Of a stretch of DNA of 44,636 nucleotides, positions 1-12,755 are shown piece after piece. This DNA is from Trichoplax sp. H2 (taxonomy: Eukaryota), in the NCBI GenBank assembly GCA_003344405.1, contig NOWV01000121.1, positions 186,001 to 230,636 of the forward strand, in the 5' to 3' direction. The notes under the pieces were generated by a model. It saw only the letters and a list, made by a program, of their open reading frames with translations. It was not told where the DNA came from and did no database searches. The position numbers and the translations under genes were made by a program. Each line of letters begins with the position of its first letter. Position 1 is the stretch's first letter.

Positions 1-586
1 AAAAAAATCTTAATTGTGCTATAGGGACCTACTCCAGCAGTAGTTACAGCAGCTATACTGAATTCATAAAATTCCTCCGGGGCGATATTCCTTAAAGCGA
101 TATGATTCAGTTTCGTCGACTCCTTATTCCAAATAGTTTCGCTTTCGCTTTTGTACTTAATCTTATACAAGGTTATAATACCATTAGCTAGTTTTGGAAC
201 ATTCCAAGTAACAGATATCATTCCTGACGATAATTCTTTCACTGAATCAATGATCGGTGGTGATTCGGGAGCGTCTTGTTTTGTTTGAATTATAACTGAT
301 TTCGAAGCTTTACTCGGTAACTCGCCACTATACCTTGAGTAAACAAAGTATGATACATATATTTCATAAGATGTATATGGTCTAAGATTATTTATTCTCG
401 TGTAATTTGTATCTCTTTCAACGTTGATCATCGTTAAATTGCCGATATTATTCCTTGATATTGATCGATAACTCAACAAATATCTTGTTAGTGTGACAGA
501 ATTTGCAATTTTCGGCCGTTGCCATACCACTTTTAACGATCTACTCTCGATCGTGTTTGCAGATATGTCCTTTATTCTATTCGGTG
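1..586 (-). CDS. Exon with two tandem FN3 domains (missed by the ORF track)
   Basis: Open frame to the window edge: PNRIKDISANTIESRSLKVVWQRP...NNLRPYTSYEIYVSYF...QDAPESPP...ISVTWNVPKLANGIITLYKIKY...EFSIAAVTTAGVGPYSTIKIFF. Confidence 0.85.
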
Positions 587-3500
587 CTGATATGCTAATA
601 TCTAGTAAGGATTTTAGAAGACATCTCCATTATAAAAATATTAAAGAATAGTGCTCAAACTGATGAAAGTTCTTAAACTATGCAAAAAGCATGAAAAAAT
701 ATTTGACGTATTAAAGATCTAATCCACTTACTGCCGGGTGTTGTAGAAATAATTCGATACGCTGAGGGACCATAGCCGCTTTCATTAGCTGTTTTATACA
801 TTCCACTAATTGAGATGTCATATTCTGTCAAAGATTCTGATAGATACAGATTAGTTGTTACCAAGTGAGCTTTGTTATCAATAAATACGCTTCAGTTATT
901 TATACAACAAAAATCATTTCAGAATTAGGCTTCCGTAAATTTACTTACGTAGTCCTATGAGGGAATAATTTATTGCCTTCGAACTTAGCATTAGAGTCTC
1001 CTTAGATTTGGATATGCCATAAGGTCTGTAATCTAATTGGTACCCTATCAAGTGCTGTTTGCTTTCATTCTCAACGTCCCAAGTAAAAGTTATCGTTGAT
1101 GCGTTGATAAACAAGATTTTCAAATTAACGGAAGCGAACGCTATATTAACAAAAACAACTATCGTTACTACCACGCAACTTATAATGACACCCAAGCTAA
1201 AAGATGTCATACAGCTCTATAAGGGTAGTTAGTTGACTCACTATTACGGATATCTTCTGAACTAGTTTTAATTTGTTCTGTCCTTGAAAATGGTCCTAAA
1301 CCAACTGACGTTGCAGCGGCAACTTTGATTGAATATAGCGAATCCGGTAGAACGTCTGGAATTTTAAAATTTTTTAAGTAGCTGGGGGTATCGTAGACAT
1401 TGTTAGTTCCAGTCCCTATGTCGGTGCAACTGATATAGTATCTAGTAATTTTTCCATTTTCATACAGTGGATCAACTCTTTCCCACTTCACTAAGATTGA
1501 CTATAAAAATAGCCATATAAAATTTTAAGTGTTTTGTTACGTAAAATTGAACTCTTTTAGACATTTAGAAGTTAAACAAAAGCTAGACTTACCAATGAAA
1601 CCAATGATAATTTTAGTGTTCGTGGTGATGCTGTCGGTGCTGAAAATAAACGAAGTATAGTATATTTGAGCTTTAACCAGAATCAAAAATTACAACAAGC
1701 ATACGATAGCGATCGTACCATCTTCCGCTGTTTTTACGATTAATTTGTTTGAAGGTTGACTCGCCGTACGATAATTCCATGCTTTTACAACAAACGTATA
1801 CTTTCGCCACGGCTTCAGATCTTTCTTAATGGCTACGCTTTCTTCAGAGCGGGAGGTAGTCTGACTATATATGAGGGCTGGGTTATCAACTGGCCAAAAG
1901 TCGATCGTATAATATATTTCAGGATTCAAATTAGACGGTGAAGCATTCCAAGCAAGGGTGACAGTATAGGCCGTAACACTAACACTTCTTAAATTCTGCG
2001 GAGGATTAGGAACAGGATCTATACGAACATAGTGTAACTTCTTTAAAAAAACATAACATCGTAACTACGTTTTTTTGTATTGAGTATCTTATTCATAAGA
2101 TAAGATCTAATTCTAAGACCTACATTCTTCAACGGTCAGCATAAAGGGCATAGATAAAGAGCTCCCAGCCTCATTTGTTGCACCAATCTGGTAATATCCT
2201 CTATCTTTACCTTCAATTTGATTCATTCTAAAGCTAATTACTTCGTTATCATTGCTGCCAGTACTCGTAGTCTTCCGTGTTAATTGATACCTAGAAGATG
2301 GATAATTATATTGCATAGGATTTCCATTGTGCAACCACTGTAATTTAGTCTTTGGTTGGCCAATAACTTTGCACTCATAACTTAGACTCCCGCCAACTGG
2401 TCTAACAATCGAAGTTAAATTGACAGTTTTAATGGTTCCCTGCATTCCGAACTTGAAAGTGAAGTGGCGTATGTAACATACAATCCTAGGAGAAGCTATT
2501 GAAATATATGAGATTTATCAATTAGAATAAACAACAGAACGCTTTGTGATGATCTCAGAAATATTACTTTTCATTGACAAGCCTTTCATTTTTAAATATA
2601 AATATGATGACGGTTACACGTTTATCACTACTTCGATTTTAAGCTTATAAGTTTCAAGAAATTACGCCATATAGGTATAGTACAATCTCAGTCTCTATCA
2701 AATACAGGTATACAGGTAAAATAAATTGAACATCACGAGAACACGTTACTCAAAACTTGGATTGCTATGCATATCTCTAATTACGTCATATCTGAGCTTA
2801 GGATTTCTATTAGCTACATTTCATCGATTGATCATAATATACAATATAGCATCAACACTATGCGCTAACAAGATATGTTACAGTGGGCACAATTTGCATA
2901 TCATGAAACTGAAAATTATCTAGCTTTCATGAATATCGATATATCATTTAGCTTTCGAATAATTTTGCTTATGAAAGAAATACAAATTGGCTAATCTTGT
3001 ACATATGTTTAGTAATGTTGATTTCATAAATCTACTTACTTATGACTTTCAAATAAGTAGGCGGACACTTGACCGATTTATGATTATGAATCGCAATAAC
3101 TGTGCAGGTCCAAATACCATCGTGAGCGGATCTAATATTTCTTATGGAGTGCTGATTATGACCGTCAAGTGGTATAGGAATATAGTTGATTGGGGGCTGA
3201 TAGTGATGCCCAGCGGTATTAGAGAAAGCCCATTGGACGTATACTGGCATATCAGCCGCGACGGTTAATACCAAATAATCATTAACGAAGGCCGTTACAT
3301 TGCGTGGGCTATACAGAATTGCAGGTATCGCCGACTTATCTGCTTTATTTTAACATACGAAAAAACAAGTCATTATTTATTAGATATACTTGATGTAACA
3401 TATTTCAGGCCTAGTGAGCTGCCATTCAATGATAAAGCTAATTTTTATCAAATATCGCGTCATACTGTAGTCCAGTATTTGCTAAAGCAAGATCAAAGTA

Positions 3501-5085
3501 CAGTAGTGAAACCAAATACATAGTCGCTTTTAAGACTAATAGTTTTGTAACAGCATCTAATATAATTATCGTTTGCACGATAGTTCATAAGGCAAAAATA
3601 ACGTCCTTACACTTCCAGTTTAATGGACGTTTCTAAACTTATAAATTATAGACAACAGATAAGAGCGAAAATATCTACTTAGGGTAAAACATTGGTGCGT
3701 TTACTATAATACAGACTGGTATAGCACTAAATGCCCTTTCATTAATTGATGTTAAGATAGACAAATCTTACGTATATAATTGGAATATTCCAAGGCAGCC
3801 ATAATACTTTGATTTTAGTTTTGGATGCATACGTTTACATTATTTATATCGACTATTTGCACATTTCATACTACTGTGACTGTTGGACTATGGTACTAGT
3901 GTTAGTATTACATCTTTATATTTAAGTCTGATTCATAGTTTCACAAAAGTCAATTACGTCATCTACTGCAATATTACCAACCTAGTTTGTGAACGGACAC
4001 GAAGACATCCGGACTAAATTTCTTCCGATCTTGATGCAAGGCAACACATCGATAACGACCAGAATCACGTAGTTTCATATTTTTTATCAATAAATTTCCG
4101 GTTAATATATCGATATTTATTCGTTTATCTTCGCTTTCAGACAAATTTTTCTTGTTTCGTAACCACCAAATTTGTGCTGAAGGCACAGCTTGTATGGTAC
4201 AAGCTAAATATAGTTGACCTCCGCGGTATAACGTGATATTTTTTGAAGGAATCGAATCAAATTCTTTTGCCATTTCTATTGGAATAATAGTAAAAACTAC
4301 GTAAATACAATGAGGGAGTTTGTTCAACACGATCATGCTGTGACGTCACGATTTCAAGTTTGAACTCAATTAACAGAAATGCAACCGGAACATTTCTTGG
4401 TATATAAATAAATTCAGAACTTGATCGCTACAAAATCTCAAGGTAAATTGCTATTCTGTCAGCTGCTATACAACATGTAACTATGAGAATACTACATTGT
4501 ATTTATAATCTCTGCGTAGTAACATTCTCTTTTTGATTTAAATTAAAAAAAATACGTATTCACAGTTTTCTACGAATATCAGTATGGCCAAATATTAATT
4601 TGTTGAAAACGTTTCGAACTGTAGCTTAGTCACTGATTAGAATACATAGAAGAAGCTCCTCTAATAATTATAGTATTTACGATACATGAACAAGTAGATC
4701 GGATAATTTAAATACGTAAACAAACTTCATTGCTCTAATCAGATACAAATGCTTATTACTTTCATGAATTATTGCTTACGTGAAACTTGCAACTTTGCAA
4801 ATTTGCTCCTTATAGAACCGTAATGATCTTTTGCTAGGCAATAGTAGATCCCTGGATCCTTATCTGCTCTCACTTTGTTGAATTGTAACGCTCCATCAGG
4901 TGTAACGTAAACCCTTCGCTCGGAGTCGGTAGTAAGGGCATCCAATGTGCCTTTTTTTCTCCATTCGATGGTTACGGGACTGTTGCTGCTTGCATTACAA
5001 TTCCATGTAAATTGGCTATTTCTGTTCAGGATGACATCCTCTGGCTCCACATGAAACCGAATGGATAGTTCGTTGGCAATAACCG
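1..5085 (-). CDS. Ig/FN3 cell-surface receptor, DCC/neogenin/protogenin-like (4 Ig + at least 5 FN3); 3' end beyond the left edge, signal-peptide exon not located
   Basis: Phase-consistent GT-AG exons: 4780-5085 (Ig1), 3982-4275 (Ig2), 3040-3339 (Ig3), 2124-2495 (Ig4), 1719-2018 (FN1), 1593-1639 + 1248-1500 (FN2), 949-1140 + 732-836 (FN3), <1-~586/601 (FN4+FN5). Ig motifs include WNC..W..DPGIYYC and LAC..WW..DSGRYRC. FN3 motifs include LAW..Y..LKPWRKYTFVVKAWN and AAVTTAGVGPYS. Confidence 0.85.
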
Positions 5086-7999
5086 CTATAATTACATAGC
5101 CCCCAAAATCAAGAATGAAGTACAGTTAATTTCTCTGAGTATCCCGACTCCGGTAGAGCGATTTGGATAATTAGATTGTATGTTATTATTATTGAATAAT
5201 AATAATATATATATATATACTGGTATACATATTATTTTAGTAGTCTCAGATATATACAGTACATGTATAATACATGGAATAGAATAAAAATTCAATACAG
5301 TATCCAGTAAAGTGACGGGGGGAGTTACTTTGCATTTTTTAAGAGTTCACTAATGACAAGTTTGTCGAGACTTGTGCTTTAAACAGTACAGTAACTTTCT
5401 GAATCGTATGAGTCGCCAGGACGTAGGGATGACCAGTTCGCCTACCGGTATGTGCTGTATATTGTTTATATACTGTATTAACGTAGAGACCTGTATTACG
5501 ACGTGACTTGTAAAATGGTTAGAGCGACTGATAGTTTGTATTAGAAACTTGAAAGAAATAGAACTATTCAATACTACGATAAAGAGTAATCAAAATATGA
5601 AGAGCCAATTGCTCAAGGTTGGACTGATCTGTCTGCATGGAATTGCAGCCAAATTGAAGTCCATTTCTTCACGATTTCAAGACATAATTTAAGTCAACAC
5701 TACAGCTGAACATCTTTCAACCACTTCAGAGGGCTCGCCACGCCCCTGTCATCGTGGTCTCTCTATTGTACTGTACAGTACAGTACAGTATGCTACATTA
5801 CAGAACAGAGAGCAAAAAAAAAATAATATAAAACATGGTCATAAGTCAAAACTACGGCAATACAGTAGAGAAAATAAAATTAGTGTACAGTACAGTACAG
5901 TAAAATCCCCAAATTCTGCTTACAATACATCTAGTCTGTCATACTGTACTATAGGTAAAGTACGGACATACCAGTACAATACCCTGTGTGCAATCCATAT
6001 TTTCTTGCCTTTTAATTTTGTTGTATGACATATATTATATACTGTATTATTACAGTAATAATACTACTAATAATAATAATAATAATAAATAAAAAAATCT
6101 TCGGCATTTGGACGCCCGGACAAAAGTATAGATTTTGAAGTTTGAACTTTTACTTTAAAAGATTACTGTAAATGTCAGCTCGCAGAGTCGCAGTAATATT
6201 CAATTTTCAGTAACACTATTTACCGACATAGCCAAAATACATTAAAAATCAAAACAATGCCGATGTCATGCAAGTGAAAGATCTGATGTTGCAATTTACT
6301 TTACTTTATTCTATATACTCAGTGTATGTGTTATGTACTGTATGCCGGGAGATCGACGTTACGGACTATACCGTTCTCGTTCTGTAATCGTTCCCTTATT
6401 ACTAATAATACCATACTGAACTGTCAATTACAGTAAAAGGTGAACAACATTTTATGTAAAACATAGTATTGTAATTTACTCGTGTATGGTAGTACTGCAA
6501 CAGTAGTGGAATATGTTTTAGAATGTTATTAAGGCTTAATCAGACATTTATGAACAGTTTATTACGACAGTATCACTCTACATACAGCAAAGTATATTAT
6601 ACTCTGAAGTAAAAAGTCAGGATCAACAGTAATATCCTACAATAGTCAAATCATGATTAAAAGTGTTTTTACATTATTGACTGTAAGTACTTGATTTAGA
6701 ACCGATGTGGAATTCTATGGCTACGATACGGTAAAAATACGACCAATGTGAATTCGCAATAAAACCAGACGGATCATATCAATTGACAATCCACATCGTA
6801 GAAACTACAGTAATTAGGTAGAAAAGCGAAATTCTATAGAAATGTATTTGCGCCATATATCCGAAATGATCCAACCCGACATATATATACTGTATATATA
6901 TATTACAATGTACTTGTAAAAATTTTCAAGTGGTGGTATTGCTGTGTTAAGGTTATAGCCGGGCATAAAAATTGGAATGTAAATCGGTAAATCCTTGCAA
7001 TTGATTTTGCGCTGACTTTACTGCGTGTACCGTTTCGTATCCAATAGAATAATCTATTGCGCTTACTCGTAGTATAGAGTGCAGTATTTCGTCAGTAAAG
7101 TCTCGTTTGTGAGAATTACTAAAAAAATAAAAGCTTCGGTGCTTCGCATCAACTTTTTTTACAGTTCATAGTAACCTTTCATGGTTCAAGTCCATTTTTA
7201 AAAAGGCGTTTGCGAATTGAGCAAATTTTGAATAAAATAATATAGAGTAAACTATATCGCTTTTATAGGGATTTTTACACTACTGTACGTTCAGTAAATA
7301 TATAGTGTAGTGATGTACAGTAAAATATTTAATCTCAAACAGTAAAGTAAAGTGTTACAACTGAGTTTATGACTAATCAACTCGGGGTTATGAAAAAATA
7401 TAGTATCAACATCACGCTATTATCTACTCGGCAAAAAAGAAAAGAATTTCAATACATTGCAGTATAGTGTACAGTACTATAGTTTTTCTCAAGAAAACCG
7501 CGATAGAAAACTATATAATAAAAAAAAAATAATAATTTAGCCTTGAAAAAATGGCCCGTCATTACAACAGAAAATTGTCGCCAATAGTCACAGAGATTTA
7601 ATATACTGTAATTATAATCTTATCCTTTCTAACATAGTTCAACCTACCGGTATTGGGTACCAACGATGAAGAAATAAGTTTTAGGGACAAAATAACGATC
7701 AAAACTGTCCAGTAGTTACCCATCGAAGTCAAGCGTATGTTTACGGCTGTAAGAAAATTGAACTTAGTTAATCCATTTTTTGATAAATACGGCACTTCTA
7801 TTTATAAACCATTGACGGGGAAGATGGGAAATCTTTGATGATTTTTTTCCTTTAATTAATGTAATGTTCCTCCTTATTCGATCTTATTTTAAACCTTTTT
7901 TTCCAATAATAACTAGGAAACCACTGTTGTAAAAATCTGAGGGTTGTAAAGACAAGACACGGTAAAAAAATATTTTTTCGCTGCAAATAAGAAAGAAAG

Positions 8000-8660
8000 C
8001 GTACACACTGCACTGTACACTACAGTGGATAGTACACTAGGCCAGTTCTCTGTCAGGGGCTTGAACTTGAAGAGTTACAAAAGTCTCTTTGCACTGCACT
8101 GTACTGTATAGTACAGTTCAATAAATTACACTATGAGATATGAGATAGGATATCATCTAGTGGTCCACTAGGCTGGTCTAGTTGTGACTGTGTACTATAC
8201 TGTACAGTACTGTACGAAAGGTACAGTGCATTACTGTACTTTGACTGTACCGTACTGTACTGTACAGTGTACACACTAGACCACAGAACAGTACAGCACA
8301 GTACATACTGTACTGTACAGTACAGTACATTACAGTACTTCCTTCAAATTTGAACTTGTACTGTACTGTACTGTACTATACTGTACTGTACATTCAAGTG
8401 TACAGTGCAGTACATGCCAACTACTGTACACTCGTACAGTACATTGTACTGTAAACTATACCGTACAGTACTCGGCTATCATACTGTACAGCACTGTACG
8501 CTTTTACACCGTGACTCATATAGAGGAAGGCGTTATGCGCCGCTATCCAGAGGTACAGCAGTTCCTTTACCAGTCAGGGTGGAATCACGAAATCGGGTGC
8601 GAAAAACATCTACTGTACTGTACAGTACAGTACTGTACTGTACTGTACTGTACCGTACTT
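8000..8660. repeat. CAGTA/TACTG pentanucleotide low-complexity tract
   Basis: Dense runs such as gtactgtactgtactgtac and acagtacagtac in alternating orientation. Similar tracts at ~5768-5900, 9120-9590, 10235-10500, 29400-29530, 29985-30080 and 43780-44636. Confidence 0.85.
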
Positions 8661-8938
8661 TGCAAATGTGCAAGTACGACACCATCAGGCTATACTTTAT
8701 TATATAATTATGTTAATTATGTTGACTTCATCTACTGTATTACAGAATTATTATGAACATGTACGGAATTTTTTGACTGAGATAGAGTGACATAAGTCCC
8801 TGATATTAATCATGACAAATAGACGAAGTGGGGAGCGGACATGAGGACATCAATCTATAATGGTAAGATGGTAAGATTCAGATTTGCGATTGTTTAATTA
8901 TAATTATTATTGATGTACCCCCTGACCAGCGGTACAAG

Positions 8939-11340
8939 AACAAGAGGCTGAACCATGTTGTAGAAGGTCAACCACAAACCATTAGCAAATCAAAACTGTG
9001 TTATGACATGTAGTTCATTTTTAGGCTGTCAATCAAACTTTTCATTCAGGCTTGTTATTTTTGACACGGTATTTACGTCTACAAATAAACAATCAATCAT
9101 CACTTTGTTCGTTTCTTAATACAGTACAGTACTGTATATACGATATATTGTATTTTGCTTTGTTTTACTCCTTGTTACTTTAGCTTATTGTTATCCGCAA
9201 TTGTTATCACTTTATCTTTTTATGCGCGGTATTGTACACATAACATTTTTGTGTACTGTATTGTACCGTACAGTACTGTACAGTACGCCAAAGAAAATGT
9301 TCATTTTACTGTACACTGTACACTGTAAAGTGCAGTCGTGTGTAAAAACCTTTCACTATGCAGTAAATTACAGCTTCTCTATAGGTCCATGGTACTGTGT
9401 ACCGTACCGTACTGCACTGTGTGTTGTAAAACAAAGAGGTACTGTAAAAAAGCTACAGTACTGTATGCGTGTCGTGCCTTACACAGTACAGTACAGTACA
9501 GTAAAAACAACGATTCGTTGTCTTCACATTACAATACTATACAGTACAGTAAACAGTCGATCAAACTACTGTGCCCTACAGTGTACAGTATGTGTTGGGT
9601 CATCTGAATCAACACACGGGAAGGAAAAGCATTAATACAGTAGGTTAAAATCCACGCTACAAAAAAAAAAAATGAAAAATAATAAAATAATAAAATAATA
9701 AAATAAATAAGGCCTCTGTGTTGGCACTGCACTTTATGCATACCACGCATACTGTCTAGGTAATTTGACAGTGGTCTACTCGGTTCTGAGTTAGATATAG
9801 GATTATAGATAGCATATACGCGTATGTTACATACAATTTTAAAATTGGTACAAACAATTCTTGTTTTTCCTTCTTCATCATGCACACTTATTGCACAGTA
9901 GGAATTTGGGGGGNNNNNNNNNNNNNNNNNNNNAACAAGAGGCTGAACCATGTTGTAGAAGGTCAACCACAAACCATTAGCAAATCAAAACTGTGTTATG
10001 ACATGTAGTTCATTTTTAGGCTGTCAATCAAACTTTTCATTCAGGCTTGTTATTTTTGACACGGTATTTACGTCTACAAATAAACAATCAATCATCACTT
10101 TGTTCGTTTCTTAATACAATACAGTACGGTATATTGTATTTTGCTTTGTTTTACTCCTTGTTACTTTAGCTTATTGTTATCCGTAATTGTTATCACTTTA
10201 TCTTTTTATGCGCGGTATTGTACACATAACATTTTTGTGTACTGTATTGTACCGTACAGTACAGTACTGTACGCCAAAGAAAATGTTCATTTTACTGTAC
10301 AGTACACTGTACACTGTAAAGTGCAGTCGTGTGTAAAAACCTTTCACCATGCAGTAAATTATAGCTTCTCCACTGTACAGTGTACAGTACTGTACACAGT
10401 AGGTCCATGGTACTTTGTACCGTACCGTACTGCACTGTGTGTTGTAAAACAAAGAGGTACTGTACTGTACCCTACAGTGTACAGTACAGTACTGTATGTG
10501 TTGAGTCATCTGAATCTACACACGGGAAGGAAAAGCACTAATAGGTTAAAAGCCACGCTACAAAAAAAAAAAAATGAAAAATAATAAAATAATAAAATAA
10601 TAAAATAAATAAGGCCTCTGTGTTGGCACTGCACTTTATGCATACCACGCATACTGTCTAGGCAATTTGACAGTGGTCTACTCGGTTCTGACTTAGATAT
10701 AGGATTATAGATAACATATACGCGTATGTTACATACAATTTTAAAATTGGTACAAACAATTCTTGTTTTTCCTTCTTCATCATGCACACTTATTGCACAG
10801 TAGGAATTTGGGGGGNNNNNNNNNNNNNNNNNNNNTGCACTGTGTGTTGTAAAACAAAGAGGTACTGTAAAAAAGCTACAGTACTGTATGCGTGTCGTGC
10901 CTTACACAGTACAGTACAGTACAGTAAAAACAACGATTCGTTGTCTTCACATTACAATACTATACAGTACAGTAAACAGTCGATCAAACTACTGTGCCCT
11001 ACAGTGTACAGTATGTGTTGGGTCATCTGAATCAACACACGGGAAGGAAAAGCATTAATACAGTAGGTTAAAATCCACGCTACAAAAAAAAAAAATGAAA
11101 AATAATAAAATAATAAAATAATAAAATAAATAAGGCCTCTGTGTTGGCACTGCACTTTATGCATACCACGCATACTGTCTAGGTAATTTGACAGTGGTCT
11201 ACTCGGTTCTGACTTAGATATAGGATTATAGATAACATATACGCGTATGTTACATACAATTTTAAAATTGGTACAAACAATTCTTGTTTTTCCTTCTTCA
11301 TCATGCACACTTATTGCACAGTAGGAATTTGGGGGGGGGG
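8939..11340 (+). repeat. Near-identical ~0.9-1 kb direct repeats separated by 20-N gaps (8939-9913, 9934-10815, partial 10836-11340)
   Basis: Copies 1 and 2 start aacaagaggctgaaccatg. All three end ttattgcacagtaggaattt-polyG. Copy 3 matches 9413-9913. Gaps at 9914-9933 and 10816-10835. Confidence 0.92.
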
Positions 11341-12319
11341 ATTTCTATCCCAATGATCTTGGCATAACTTCACTTTTATTCGTAAAACAAAGTAACTTTG
11401 TGTTTTTGTTTCTTTCGCTTTGAGCAGTAGTATTATTTTCCGCAGGCTTTGTTTACTTAGCATCTCCGTTGATAAATAATGAATAGTGACCCTTTTTTGA
11501 CCTAAATTAGAATTGTTATTATTTTTGAAGTCTACTGTGCGATCACACAATATCTTTCAATTCCAAATCGCTGCTAAAGTACTGTACTGTATACATTGTA
11601 AAGTAAAAAAAAACTACAAGTACATTACGTGAACACGCGAAGTATCACGAGCGAGGGTTTGACTAGTTACAATAATTTTACCGAACGCACGTTAACCATT
11701 AACGCTATTCATGTACAGTACTGGACTGTACTACAATGTTTTAGCATTTCCTTTAAGATTACAATGCGAAACACTATGTACACTACTGCACTTTTAATGT
11801 ACTATCCTAACCAGTGGTATGGTAGTTATTGCGAAGTTTCTGAAGTGCCAAATGGACGCGCTTGCTGTTTATTCATACATGACCTACAGTATGTACTGTA
11901 TGTGTCACGGGTATATATATATACATCGTTCAATTTAGCTATACAGTACAGCATGTTGCGACATGATGGCTCACATGGATAAGTATGTATGATTTAATTT
12001 AATTTAATATACAGTATACAGTATGAACATACGTATACATTTACATATGACTACAGTGCTATTAGTGTGCGATACATCGTAATAAAAATGATACCGGAAC
12101 ACCGGTAAAGTATAGCAAATGTGTGGGGTTACGCGTAGTTAAATCAATAATATAAGTAAAGCTAACACAAATGAAGATTTTCTTGGCTATAATATGCGTA
12201 GAATCTCAACATATAATGTTACATTGACCACTTATGCTTTGTGTGTGTTAATGTATCGCTAGTTAGAGAGCGTCAGATAGCAAGCACCCAAGTGGGCATA
12301 ACCATAATGACAACGGTCT

Positions 12320-12575
12320 TGTAATAAGTTCTCGAGCAAATGAAGAGACGACGCATTAGCAAAGAATAGAACTTTATTAAGACTTATAAATGCGAACTAA
12401 TAAAGTATGACAGCAACGCTCATATATATAGTCTATCATGGAATATTCTAGAACTTATTGGTAGTTATTATAATACACATAGACTGAGTATTCTAGAAGG
12501 TTCTATATGCATATGAGGTTCAAATACGTGCGCATCTAAGACTGACCCTTACCAAGTCACTCTACTAATACTACA
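12320..12575 (-). mobile_element. Candidate solo LTR (Ty3/gypsy-like)
   Basis: 256 bp bounded by TGTAATA...TACTACA (TG..CA). On the minus strand TATATA (12422-12430) precedes AATAAA (12373-12378). Repeated TTCTAGAA. Flanks gtct/gtat could be a 4-bp TSD with one mismatch. Confidence 0.45.
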
Positions 12576-12721
12576 GTATGACAGGTCTATTCACTTTTCT
12601 TTTTTTACTGTACAATATACAGAGTGTACAGTATATACATCTGTTCAGTTATAGCAATCACAATAGCAGAGCAATCGCAATCACGTAACATTTTATCCAC
12701 TACTCTAAGTAAGCTGAAAGA

Positions 12722-12755
12722 TGACTCACTCGGGACTTTTCTGAGAAAAGTCCCG
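12722..12755. promoter_or_regulatory. AP-1 site plus 25-bp palindrome of two inverted kB-like sites
   Basis: TGACTCA (12722-12728) followed by CGGGACTTTTCT-G-AGAAAAGTCCCG (12731-12755, perfect 12-bp arms). Regulatory function is inferred. Confidence 0.35.

Noticed and set aside
5570-5700. First exon of the left receptor
   Set aside because: ATG frames hit stops or lack a phase-1 donor and a clear signal peptide.
8405-11308. Many 80-147-aa ORFs on both strands
   Set aside because: Translations of CAGTA/TACTG tracts (CTVLY/YSTVQ patterns) and duplicated blocks; some cross N gaps.
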